Below, one piece after another: positions 1-9,417 of a stretch of 36,388 nucleotides of DNA. Each line of letters starts with the position of its first letter. Position 1 is the stretch's first letter. Source of the stretch: a virus (Duplodnaviria > Heunggongvirae > Uroviricota > Caudoviricetes); IMG/VR virus record IMGVR_UViG_2671180892_000013. One strand, written 5' to 3'. The translations under genes were made by a program, and so were the position numbers. The notes beneath the pieces are model-generated. The model was given only the letters and a program-made list of their open reading frames with translations. It was not told the origin of the DNA and did not search any database.

Positions 1-258
1 ATGCAAACCGTTATTTTTGGTCGTTCGGGTTGCCCTTACTGTGTGCGTGCAAAAGATCTGGCTGAGAAATTGAGCAATGAACGCGATGATTTTCAGTATC
101 AGTATGTAGATATTCGTGCGGAAGGGATCACTAAAGAAGATCTACAACAAAAGGCAGGTAAACCCGTAGAAACCGTGCCGCAGATTTTTGTCGATCAGCA
201 ACATATCGGCGGCTATACCGATTTTGCTGCATGGGTGAAAGAAAATCTGGACGCCTGA
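1..258 (+). CDS. grxA: glutaredoxin 1
   Basis: 85-aa ORF with CPYC redox motif (GCPYCVRAKDLAEKL); full length starting at window position 1; matches my recollection of E. coli GrxA. Confidence 0.93.
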   Translation: MQTVIFGRSGCPYCVRAKDLAEKLSNERDDFQYQYVDIRAEGITKEDLQQKAGKPVETVPQIFVDQQHIGGYTDFAAWVKENLDA

Positions 259-267
259 TCGTCTGAC

Positions 268-300
268 AAGCCCTCGCGTTGAGGGCTTTACTGATTTTTT
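268..300 (+). terminator. stem-loop plus T-run between convergent grxA and ybjM
   Basis: Inverted repeat aagccctc/gagggctt followed by ctgatttttt directly after the grxA stop. Confidence 0.5.
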
Positions 301-665
301 CTGTGCTGTGGTTTAAACAAACTACTGATAAATAAGAAACACAGTGCCCCCAGCGCACACCAGAACACCGCGCTTAGTAACCATGCCAGCTCTTGCCAGA
401 ATGAGCGCGTCGGTGAAAAAAACAGCCGCATAATGAGCATCGAACAGGGTGCCGCCAGCATTGCGCCAAACAGAGGTTTCAGGACTTCTCTACGCTGTGA
501 AAAGAAGCTGGCGACTGCTCCAGGAAGAATGAAAAATAGCAAGCCGATTTCAGGATGCCCGGCAGCCCGAAAAGCGCCTTTCATGTGCGTCGCCAGAAAA
601 AGGCACACCACAATGAAGAGGACAAAACAGCAGATTGCCCCCGCCCAACGTTGTTTATGTTTCAC
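288..665 (-). CDS. ybjM: inner membrane protein YbjM
   Basis: 125-aa hydrophobic ORF lying between grxA and ybjL as in E. coli gene order. Confidence 0.85.
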   Translation of the reverse strand: MKHKQRWAGAICCFVLFIVVCLFLATHMKGAFRAAGHPEIGLLFFILPGAVASFFSQRREVLKPLFGAMLAAPCSMLIMRLFFSPTRSFWQELAWLLSAVFWCALGALCFLFISSLFKPQHRKNQ

Positions 666-934
666 TCGTTCCTCCTGACACTGCGTCTATCGAACACATT
701 TTTCGCCAGTGTGGCGTTCAGTAAGATAAAGCCGCTTCGCATTCCATGCTAATATAGGCCAACGCAATTCATATAGCCGTTGATACCTAATGTGATTACA
801 CTAGTAAAATATATTGTTACTTTACTATCGTTTAGGTGCGCTGAATGAATCTGCGCCCTGAATTCTGGTAAAAAACATTATCGTAAATTACCATTTCTTT
901 CAACAGCTTACTAGTAAACAAGAAGTTAGCCTCC

Positions 935-2620
935 GTGAATATAAACGTCGCCGAATTGTTAAATGGGAATTACATTCTGTTATTATTTGTGGTCCTCGCG
1001 CTTGGGCTATGTCTCGGAAAGTTACGACTTGGTTCGATCCAACTGGGTAATTCCATTGGCGTTTTAGTCGTATCGCTGTTATTAGGCCAACAACATTTCA
1101 GCATTAACACCGATGCGCTTAATCTTGGCTTTATGCTGTTTATTTTCTGCGTCGGGGTCGAAGCCGGACCGAACTTTTTTTCCATTTTTTTTCGCGATGG
1201 GAAAAATTACCTAATGTTAGCACTGGTGATGGTTGGCAGTGCGCTGGTGATCGCCTTAGGGTTAGGTAAGCTGTTTGGCTGGGATATTGGCCTGACGGCC
1301 GGTATGTTAGCAGGCTCTATGACGTCGACACCGGTTCTGGTCGGTGCTGGCGATACACTGCGTCATTCCGGCATGGAAAGCAGGCAGCTCTCACTGGCAC
1401 TGGATAATCTGAGCCTCGGGTATGCCTTAACCTATTTAATCGGTCTGGTGAGTTTGATTGTTGGTGCGCGTTACTTGCCGAAATTGCAGCATCAGGACTT
1501 ACAGACCAGCGCCCAGCAAATCGCCCGCGAACGTGGCCTGGACACTGATGCCAACCGTAAGGTTTATTTACCGGTGATCCGCGCCTATCGCGTCGGCCCG
1601 GAACTGGTGGCCTGGACCGACGGCAAAAATCTGCGTGAACTGGGTATTTATCGACAAACCGGCTGCTACATTGAACGTATTCGACGTAACGGGATTCTGG
1701 CAAATCCAGACGGTGATGCCGTGCTACAAATGGGCGATGAAATAGCGTTGGTAGGCTATCCCGACGCCCATGCCCGACTCGATCCCAGCTTCCGTAACGG
1801 TAAAGAAGTTTTCGATCGTGACCTTCTCGACATGCGTATCGTCACTGAAGAAGTGGTCGTTAAAAACCATAACGCTGTAGGTAAACGTCTCGCACAACTG
1901 AAGTTGACCGATCACGGTTGCTTCCTTAACCGCGTCATTCGTAGCCAGATTGAGATGCCGATAGATGACAACGTCGTGCTTAACAAAGGTGACGTTTTAC
2001 AAGTCAGCGGCGATGCCCGCCGCGTAAAAACCATCGCCGATCGCATCGGCTTTATCTCGATTCACAGCCAGGTCACTGACCTGCTGGCATTCTGCGCCTT
2101 CTTTGTTATTGGGCTGATGATCGGGATGATCACCTTCCAGTTCAGCACATTCAGTTTCGGCATGGGGAACGCTGCCGGGTTGTTATTCGCCGGAATTATG
2201 CTGGGCTTTATGCGTGCTAACCACCCGACCTTCGGTTACATTCCGCAGGGTGCATTAAGCATGGTGAAAGAGTTCGGCTTGATGGTGTTTATGGCAGGCG
2301 TTGGTCTGAGCGCCGGTAGCGGTATTAATAACGGCCTGGGCGCGATTGGCGGTCAGATGTTGATTGCCGGATTGATTGTCAGTCTGGTGCCCGTGGTTAT
2401 CTGTTTCTTGTTCGGTGCTTATGTATTGCGAATGAACCGCGCGCTGTTGTTCGGCGCAATGATGGGCGCACGTACCTGCGCGCCGGCAATGGAGATCATC
2501 AGTGATACAGCTCGCAGTAACATCCCGGCGCTGGGCTATGCGGGCACCTATGCAATCGCCAACGTCCTGCTGACGCTGGCAGGGACAATCATCGTCATGG
2601 TATGGCCAGGATTAGGATAA
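935..2620 (+). CDS. ybjL: putative transport protein YbjL (AAE-family transporter with central TrkA-C-like domains)
   Basis: 561-aa ORF with membrane N- and C-terminal halves and a soluble middle; GTG start at 935; synteny with grxA and ybjM. Confidence 0.9.
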
Positions 2621-2732
2621 AACTGAAGTTGCCCTGAAAATGAAATTTTTTTGCACAACCGCAGAACTTTTCCGCAGGGCATCAGTCTTAATTAGTGCCA
2701 CTGCTTTTCTTTGATGTCCCCATTTTGTGGAG

Positions 2733-2776
2733 CCCATCAACCCCGCCATTTCGGTTCAAGGTTGATGGGTTTTTTG
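2733..2776 (+). terminator. rho-independent terminator-like hairpin downstream of ybjL
   Basis: cccatcaacc ... ggttgatggg 10-bp stem followed by ttttttg. Confidence 0.5.
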
Positions 2777-3046
2777 TTGCCTGAAATTCAATGCCTTTCA
2801 TATCATTAACTTAACTCATCCCATCTTAGCCATTGGCGACAAAATGGCGGCAGCGCATTTGAAGCCACATTGTTACCTTCAAAGCCCAAACAATTATTGC
2901 ATATCAGTCATACATATCTCATTTACAAAAACCTCCGAGATTTCAGTGCGTAACCTAAATTTCTTGGATGTACTAGCTTAAAAATGTTATTGATCTTAGT
3001 TGAGGTAAGAGATTGTTTTCATATGTTTTTAAACTAGGACGGCGCT

Positions 3047-3409
3047 ATGTGCATTTATGATTTTGTAGCTAACGATGGAAATACGTATCAGATTGATCTT
3101 GATGACGAGTACATTGAGGTTCGGCTAAGCGGTGAAAAAGTGGGTAGTATTAGTCTGAATTTGATTCAAAATGATGATTATTCACCCGATTATTATTACA
3201 TCACAGACCTTAGCCTCGAAAAGTGCAAAAGATTGGGTATAGGAAGAGAATGCTTACGGTTACATCAAAAAGAAATAAAGAGCCCAATCTGTGCTGCGGA
3301 AGAAAACTCGGTGAAAATGTCTGATGGAAGCCATCTTATTGGAGATGGAGTTCCTTTTATCGCTAAAATGCGTGATGAGGGAATCGTTGTCCCAAGTACA
3401 TATCATTAA
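3047..3409 (+). CDS. small GNAT-like (acetyltransferase-fold) hypothetical protein; cargo gene at prophage left end
   Basis: 120-aa ORF in AT-rich DNA with an R-L-G-I-G-R segment resembling GNAT motif A; agga 8 nt upstream of the ATG. Confidence 0.35.
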   Translation: MCIYDFVANDGNTYQIDLDDEYIEVRLSGEKVGSISLNLIQNDDYSPDYYYITDLSLEKCKRLGIGRECLRLHQKEIKSPICAAEENSVKMSDGSHLIGDGVPFIAKMRDEGIVVPSTYH

Positions 3410-3424
3410 TTTATCCCCTACTTT

Positions 3425-3446
3425 TAGCCCAGGGTGAACTGGGCTA
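3425..3446. terminator. hairpin between convergent GNAT-like gene and ogr
   Basis: tagcccag ggtgaa ctgggcta perfect 8-bp stem; no strong T-run. Confidence 0.35.
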
Positions 3447-3469
3447 GTTACCCACAAATTTTAAGCACT

Positions 3470-3685
3470 TCAGTAAACTAATTGTTCCTGCATACCTTTT
3501 GGATGAGGCGGCGCTGCGCTGATTTTTTGAGGACGGCATACTGAGCGCACAAAAGTCTCATGTGTCACGAACGTATGCCCGCACTCGATGTTAGTGCACT
3601 GGTTGTAGCGTTCTTTGGTTTCATTGGAAACCTGAAAGCTACTACGTGTATGCGCGGCCTGCCCGCACATTGGACAATTCATCAT
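3470..3685 (-). CDS. ogr: Ogr/B-family zinc-finger late-gene transcriptional activator
   Basis: 71 aa with CPMC ... C-x5-C cysteine pairs; sits next to gene D as in P2 and 186. Confidence 0.85.
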   Translation of the reverse strand: MMNCPMCGQAAHTRSSFQVSNETKERYNQCTNIECGHTFVTHETFVRSVCRPQKISAAPPHPKGMQEQLVY

Positions 3686-3752
3686 TTCGTTCAGCCCTCA
3701 CTCATAACCAGTTCGCAATAATGATACATTATTGTTCTCAATTTGGAACTAA

Positions 3753-4853
3753 TCATTCAATTTCGAACTCATCTATTTTCACTTCAAGCTCCATGCTGGT
3801 CGTAAATCCATTATCCGGGCTGACAGAATGCGTCAGGGTGGTAATGGTCCATTCTGCATCATCGATCGGCTGCTTAAACCCCGTCACCTTCACCGGCATT
3901 TCCGTATAGAGATCAGCCCGCCCCTCAGCGAGCTGCAGGGAAAATGAAGCGACCCCACGCTGCAGACGTTCCCATTGCATTTTTGCTGCGCGCTCTGCAT
4001 TGCTCCGGTTGGCATAAGTGCGATTAAGTACCAGCACGTTTTCATCCGTACCCACCAGGTAATCGCCCTGCTTCGCTTCCTGCTCTTTCTTCTGCTTCTT
4101 AGTTCTGCGCGTCCGCTTCACCGTGGTGCTTTCTTTCTTCGCGGGTTCGCGGGTATGCAACCAGCTGGCAATTACGCCCGTGTAGGCTCCGCGATCTGCC
4201 AGGGTAAAGCGGTGACTGTCGCCGTCCTTACGTGTGATAGTGATAACCGGTAGTGGTTTACCGCTGGCGCTTTTGCCCTGTCCCTGCCGGATGAATAACA
4301 GATTGCCATTTTTCACCGACGCAATAGCACCGTACTGGCGCGCCAGCCGCATCAGAAAACTGCCGTCACTCTCATTGGTCTGGTCTATATGTTCCACGGG
4401 TTTATCTGACAGGTCTTTACCCAGTGCCATCTTCAGTTTGTGCCGCACAGCTATTTCCTTCACCACTTCCCCGACGGTGGTCTTGTGCCACGACTTTTCA
4501 CGGCGGGTATTCAGCGTTTCACGAAAATCAGCACTTCGCGCCCGGATAGTCAGGCGGTCCGGTGCGCCAGTGTGTTCAATCTCGTCCACCGTGAATGCCC
4601 CTTTCGGGAAAAGCGGCTGCCCCTTCCAGCCCAGCGCCAGCGTAATGACCGCACCACGGCGCGGCAGCACGATTTTTCCATCGGCGTCGTCCAGCTCCAG
4701 ATCAAGCTGGTCCGCTTCAAATCCCCGATTGTCCGTCAGCGTCAGACTCATCAGGCGGTTATCCAGCACAGTGGTGATATCCCTGCCCTCAATACTGATG
4801 CTGAATGCGGGAGTTTTGTTGCCTTTGTTAAGCAGTTCAGAGCTGAAATTCAC
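3753..4853 (-). CDS. D: tail protein D (late control gene D family)
   Basis: 366 aa; positioned between U and ogr; recognisable P2 gpD-like sequence. Confidence 0.85.
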   Translation of the reverse strand: MNFSSELLNKGNKTPAFSISIEGRDITTVLDNRLMSLTLTDNRGFEADQLDLELDDADGKIVLPRRGAVITLALGWKGQPLFPKGAFTVDEIEHTGAPDRLTIRARSADFRETLNTRREKSWHKTTVGEVVKEIAVRHKLKMALGKDLSDKPVEHIDQTNESDGSFLMRLARQYGAIASVKNGNLLFIRQGQGKSASGKPLPVITITRKDGDSHRFTLADRGAYTGVIASWLHTREPAKKESTTVKRTRRTKKQKKEQEAKQGDYLVGTDENVLVLNRTYANRSNAERAAKMQWERLQRGVASFSLQLAEGRADLYTEMPVKVTGFKQPIDDAEWTITTLTHSVSPDNGFTTSMELEVKIDEFEIE

Positions 4854-5335
4854 GACAGAAGCCCTCCCACCGTTTTACTGATATCGCTTAAGGCAGATGT
4901 TGCCGTTCCCTGCAGATTATTCAGCTGCGCACTGAGATCACCGAACATATCGGACAGGGATTCATCCACCCGTTTGAGCGACAGGGTGAACTCAATCCGG
5001 CGCGGCATACCGTCGCGGAAAAACTCCGTTTTAGTCTGATTCAGTCCCTCAATCACATACATGCCGTAAATCGTGCCGCTGCCTTCAATCAGGGGCCATG
5101 CTTTCCCCTGTTCTGCCATCTGCTCCAGTGCCAGCAACGACAGCCTGCCGCCTGTTATCTCCGGCATAAGAACACCAGAAAGCGTCAGCATGTCGTTGTC
5201 CGGTCCCAGAAACTGCGTGGACGGACGTCGGTTTACCCGGCTGTTTGCCACATGTCGCCAGCTGCGTTGATACTGCAGTTCCTGATACGGCACGGTGCGC
5301 AGCATAAACACGTACAATCCCAACACCATCATCAT
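4850..5335 (-). CDS. U: tail protein U
   Basis: 161 aa; 4-bp overlaps with T upstream and D downstream. Confidence 0.8.
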   Translation of the reverse strand: MMMVLGLYVFMLRTVPYQELQYQRSWRHVANSRVNRRPSTQFLGPDNDMLTLSGVLMPEITGGRLSLLALEQMAEQGKAWPLIEGSGTIYGMYVIEGLNQTKTEFFRDGMPRRIEFTLSLKRVDESLSDMFGDLSAQLNNLQGTATSALSDISKTVGGLLS

Positions 5336-8300
5336 GCGTCGTATCCCCCCTGATCGCTGTAGTTACTCCTGGCTTTTGCCTTCAGCCTGCGTTCACGCTC
5401 ATCAAGCTGGCGGGCCACCTCCCGCGCAATATCCTGCGCACTTTGTCCTGGCTGCGTCTGGATGATGATCTGCGTCGGTGCCTCAATCCGGTATACGGGC
5501 TGCACAGCAGTTGCGCGACTCACCATTGCTTCACTGCCTTTCGCGGGAAGCGCCAAAGGATGCAACGGTGGAAGCTCTGCTGGCGCGGCAGCAACGCCCA
5601 TCATTCCGGCGACAACCGCAGCCAGTGCAGCGGTATTTCTCCGGCTGGTCACGTTTGCCGGGCCGTTGACAATTTCAGGCCCATTTTCACCGACAATGCC
5701 GAACTGCCCGCGCGGGATATACCCACCGCTGTCATACATCCCCACAAAGCCATATCCCCATGACGGAAAACCACCCGATGGCATCATCACTTTACCGTCT
5801 GCATTCACCGTCGCAGGTTGCTGGTGCGTCACGCTTTCCGGTAGTTTTGCTTTTACGGCCTCTTTACTGACAATGCCGAGTTTTTCCAGCAGCCAGGAAA
5901 CGCCGGATTTCAGGGAGTCCAGCGGATGCATGACCATATTCAGCCCTTCCGCCAGTGCCTCCCCGAATCGTCGCCCCATTGCCGCTGCGCTCTGCAGTTC
6001 GGCAGAGGTCGACTTAACGGGCGTCAGCAGATCAGTAAACCAGCCCCACAGAGCCTGCACTTTGTCACCAATCCACTGAAACACGGGCTTAAGTGGTTCG
6101 AACGCTGCACTGACGGGACCTGCCGCCGCTTTGAATCCTTCCACCACGCCACCAAGAAATGCGGTGATGGGTTGCCAGTATTTCCAGACAACCAGCGCCA
6201 CGCCCGCCAGTGCAGTAACCACAAGACCTATCGGACTGAGCAGAGCGCCTAACAGTCCAGATATGGCATACAGGGCAACGCGCAGCATCGCCAGCGGACC
6301 AGATGCCAGTACTCGCAGCACCGCGCCTGCGGCGGTCAGTCCACCGCGCAGTACCGCCAGAGGATTCATAAACATCACAGCAACAGCACGTAAACCGGAT
6401 AATCCAGACCGCAATAGTGCAATCGGCGCACCTGCTACAGTTTTCAGGACATTTCCCGTCAGTGATGCCGTACGGCGCAAAGACGACAACGGCGCAGTAA
6501 GTAAACCCGCTGCATTACCCGATGAAGCAAGCCCGCGTCGCAGCAGTGCCAGTGGTGCGCCAGCCAGCCAGGACAACGCGTTGCTGGTTCGGGTTACTGC
6601 TGCCGTAACGGAAGGTAACGTTTTGATACCCAGCACAGAGAATCCCAGACGGATGACTGCCAGCGGCCCCAGCACTGCAGCCAGCGCCACCGCTAAGGTG
6701 CCGAGGCCCACGGTAACGGCAGCCACCACAGCGGCCACTTTCATCAGAGTGCCCGTCAGTTCCGGGTTAGCTTCCACCCAACGACGCGACGCTCCCGTGA
6801 CGCTTTTCACCATGTACAGAATATCCATCAGCGGCTGGCGCAGCGTTTCGCCCAGGCTGCTGAAGGTGTTCTGCACTCCGGTTTTGACCAGCAACCACTG
6901 CGCAGAAAGTGAGTCCTTGTTAATGTCGGATTCTTTCTGCATGGAGCCGAGCGCATCATTGCCCGCTGTCAGTTTTAGCTGGCGCTGCAGTTCCGGCAGG
7001 TTGTTTGCCAGTTTCGCCGCGTCATCGCCAAACTCTTTACCAAACAACATGGTCATGGCAGACAGACGTTTATCCTGCGGCAGTGCGTTCACCTTCTCCA
7101 GTACGCGCTGGATAGTTCCCATCGCATCCTTCGTCATCTGCTTTTCAATCACTTCAGGATTGAGTTTCAGCAGATTCATTCCTTCAAAGAAACTCTTGCT
7201 TTGCATGGTGGCAATGGACAATTCACGCACCATCGCGTTTGCTGCACTGGCTGCAACCTCTGGCGCAGCGCCCAGTGTCAGAAAGGTGGAACCCAGCGCC
7301 GCCGCTTTACGATAATCCAGACGATCAGCCACACCACCCAGGCGTTGCATGACATCAATGATATCTGCCCCTTTCGACATGGCGTTATCATCCAGATAGT
7401 TCAGCGCATCACCGAGCTGTTCAATATTGCGGGTAGGGATTTTGTAGAGCTGGGCGATTTTCCCCAGACTTTCTGACAGTTCATCCGCTGGCAGCTCAAA
7501 GGCTGTTGCCGCCTTTGCTGCCGTACTGGCGAAGGCCAGCAGATCACGTTTCTGGTCTTCCCAGCTGTCGTCAGGGTTTGCGACGTTCATGCGCGCACCA
7601 CCTTCAACCAGTGCAGCGAAGTCCACAGCACCGTTTTCCATCGGCAACTGTTCGCTGGCAGCCTTGATGGCATCCTGCATTTCATAAAAACGTGCAGTGC
7701 GGTTGCCATTATCGTCACGCAGACCATTGACCTGCTTTGCCACACCTTTCATGGCATCTTCTATGCTGGTATAGCTTTTTACTGCCGCCATCACTGGCGT
7801 CCCCATTGCCAGCCCTGCAGCCGTGGTAGTGGCTCCGGCTCCTGCAATACGATCGCGCACCTCCAGCGAACGGGCATAACTGGCACGCGCCGCATTCATC
7901 CTGCGCTGAGCTTCCCCCAGTCGCTTCAGCCGCGCCTCCTGTTTCGACAGTTCCTGGTTATAACGTGATGTTTCACGGGCTAAACGGGCAGTTGCTCCCG
8001 CATCATCTTTCGCAGAAATTCCCGCCCGGTACAGTTCTGCACGCACAAGCGCCGTTTGCTTCTGCAAATATTTTTGTTGTTCTTCCAGGCGTTGGACTGC
8101 CAGCGTTTGCCGACCTAAAGCCACAAGGTGCCGTTGTGATGGTTGTTCCATCGCCTCCAGCTCAGAGCTAAGCAAATTAGCCTTCTGTCTGGCATAGTTC
8201 AGCTTGTCGCCTAACTTCTTGTTATCGGCCTGCAGCTTGCGAAATTTTTCCAGGCTGTTACCCGCCTGATTGAGTTTCTTTAATGCGTCACGGGAGTTTC

Positions 8301-8409
8301 TGATTGCGCCAGCCAGCTCTTTCGAACTAGCCTGTGCAGCACGGAATGGGCGGGTGAGTTTGTCAACCGCATTAAGAATCACCTGCAGACGCAGGTTATT
8401 GTCACTCAT
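5332..8409 (-). CDS. T: tail tape measure protein
   Basis: 1025 aa, coiled-coil-rich N-terminal half and Ala/Gly/Leu-rich repetitive C-terminal half; lies between E/E' and U. Confidence 0.9.
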   Translation of the reverse strand: MSDNNLRLQVILNAVDKLTRPFRAAQASSKELAGAIRNSRDALKKLNQAGNSLEKFRKLQADNKKLGDKLNYARQKANLLSSELEAMEQPSQRHLVALGRQTLAVQRLEEQQKYLQKQTALVRAELYRAGISAKDDAGATARLARETSRYNQELSKQEARLKRLGEAQRRMNAARASYARSLEVRDRIAGAGATTTAAGLAMGTPVMAAVKSYTSIEDAMKGVAKQVNGLRDDNGNRTARFYEMQDAIKAASEQLPMENGAVDFAALVEGGARMNVANPDDSWEDQKRDLLAFASTAAKAATAFELPADELSESLGKIAQLYKIPTRNIEQLGDALNYLDDNAMSKGADIIDVMQRLGGVADRLDYRKAAALGSTFLTLGAAPEVAASAANAMVRELSIATMQSKSFFEGMNLLKLNPEVIEKQMTKDAMGTIQRVLEKVNALPQDKRLSAMTMLFGKEFGDDAAKLANNLPELQRQLKLTAGNDALGSMQKESDINKDSLSAQWLLVKTGVQNTFSSLGETLRQPLMDILYMVKSVTGASRRWVEANPELTGTLMKVAAVVAAVTVGLGTLAVALAAVLGPLAVIRLGFSVLGIKTLPSVTAAVTRTSNALSWLAGAPLALLRRGLASSGNAAGLLTAPLSSLRRTASLTGNVLKTVAGAPIALLRSGLSGLRAVAVMFMNPLAVLRGGLTAAGAVLRVLASGPLAMLRVALYAISGLLGALLSPIGLVVTALAGVALVVWKYWQPITAFLGGVVEGFKAAAGPVSAAFEPLKPVFQWIGDKVQALWGWFTDLLTPVKSTSAELQSAAAMGRRFGEALAEGLNMVMHPLDSLKSGVSWLLEKLGIVSKEAVKAKLPESVTHQQPATVNADGKVMMPSGGFPSWGYGFVGMYDSGGYIPRGQFGIVGENGPEIVNGPANVTSRRNTAALAAVVAGMMGVAAAPAELPPLHPLALPAKGSEAMVSRATAVQPVYRIEAPTQIIIQTQPGQSAQDIAREVARQLDERERRLKAKARSNYSDQGGYDA

Positions 8410-8838
8410 GGCTGGCCCCGCTTCTCTGAATCGCTTTATACCGCCATTCCAGCACTTCGGTCAGCGGCATAACGTCAGTAACGGATGGCGGCCAGTGAAA
8501 GATGGTGGCGATATCAGCCACCAGATCGTCAACCGTCAGGCTGTCGGTAAACCGGCAAGCACCGACTTCTTCAACAAAAAAGTGACAACCTCAACCGACA
8601 TGGCAGTGAGATCTGCCGGGTCCATCTCTGCAATTTCCTGTGCAGTCAGTGCCGGACTGGAAATGCGGGGGATCACGGTCATCATCGCGTTCACATCCAT
8701 ATCCATAATGGCCTGCAGGCGTGTGCCGCGCAGCGCACCGGACTGCGGTTTACGCAGCACAATTTCGGTGATTTCAGTTTTACCACGCATGATAGGGGTA
8801 TCCAGTTGAATGGTCTTTTCAGTCTGCTTATCACTCAT
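8402..8838 (-). CDS. E': E+E' fusion made by programmed -1 ribosomal frameshift
   Basis: From the slippery site the -1 frame reads VEEVGACRFTDSLTVDDLVADIATIFHWPPSVTDVMPLTEVLEWRYKAIQRSGASHE and stops at a TGA overlapping the T start (hand translation); total about 146 aa. Confidence 0.6.
8536..8838 (-). CDS. E: tail assembly chaperone E
   Basis: 100-aa ORF directly upstream of T; contains the T TTT TTG slippery heptamer near its 3' end. Confidence 0.8.
   Translation of the reverse strand: MSDKQTEKTIQLDTPIMRGKTEITEIVLRKPQSGALRGTRLQAIMDMDVNAMMTVIPRISSPALTAQEIAEMDPADLTAMSVEVVTFLLKKSVLAGLPTA
8575..8581 (-). other. -1 frameshift slippery heptamer T TTT TTG
   Basis: On the mRNA strand: GTC ACT TTT TTG TTG AAG, in frame with gpE codons T86-F87-L88. 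Confidence 0.6.
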
Positions 8839-8892
8839 TTTTCTGTCCTGTAAATTGGGTTCTGGCGCGGCATTTCGCGCCGTTCAGATACA

Positions 8893-9408
8893 TCAGAGGC
8901 CGAGGGCGTTGCGGTGCGCTTCCATCAGGTCCACACCGTCCACAATTTCCACCATGTTGATAAGGTCCACTTCATAGAGCACCTCACCATTGATGCTCAG
9001 CTTCGCGTAGCTGTTGGTACTGGTCACTTTGGTGGTGTTACTTTCGCCCGTCTTCCACTCGCCGGAATCCACTTCTTTGTGACGACCACGCACCACAAGC
9101 TCCACGGCCTGCACTTCCCCGGTATCGTCACGCTGGATAGAGCCGGTAAAGCGCAGCTGGATGCCATCCACAGTGGCTTTGCCCATCTGCTTAAACAGCA
9201 GCAGTTCAGTACCACCAATGGAAAATTCTGTATCCAGTGCACTGTCATCAAGCCCCAGATCCACATCAACTGCACCAGGCATTCCGCCGCCGCGATACTT
9301 CTCATATTTGCGGGTGAATTTCGGCAGCGTCAGCGACTCTACGATCCCCTGCCAGTTGTTCCCGTCGTTAAACAGGTTCAGATGTTTTAATTTGCGTGGT
9401 AAAGCCAT
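8893..9408 (-). CDS. FII: major tail tube protein FII
   Basis: 171 aa immediately downstream of the sheath gene. Confidence 0.85.
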   Translation of the reverse strand: MALPRKLKHLNLFNDGNNWQGIVESLTLPKFTRKYEKYRGGGMPGAVDVDLGLDDSALDTEFSIGGTELLLFKQMGKATVDGIQLRFTGSIQRDDTGEVQAVELVVRGRHKEVDSGEWKTGESNTTKVTSTNSYAKLSINGEVLYEVDLINMVEIVDGVDLMEAHRNALGL

Positions 9409-9417
9409 GTTGTCCCC

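Noticed and set aside
433-752. Plus-strand ORFs of 81 and 65 aa overlapping ybjM
   Set aside because: Antisense to ybjM with no independent support.
2853-2996. 47-codon plus-strand ORF upstream of the GNAT-like gene as a possible antitoxin
   Set aside because: No Shine-Dalgarno sequence and no recognisable DNA-binding motif; probably non-coding junction DNA.
4234-5039. Plus-strand ORFs of 215 and 199 aa overlapping D and U
   Set aside because: Antisense to conserved tail genes; serine/arginine-rich low-complexity translations.
6131-7315. 394-aa plus-strand ORF and other long plus-strand ORFs (5462-6079, 7201-7476, 7965-8171) inside the tape measure gene
   Set aside because: Antisense to the well-supported 1025-aa tape measure gene; low-complexity Ala/Ser/Thr/Pro/Arg-rich products typical of reverse frames in GC-rich coding DNA.
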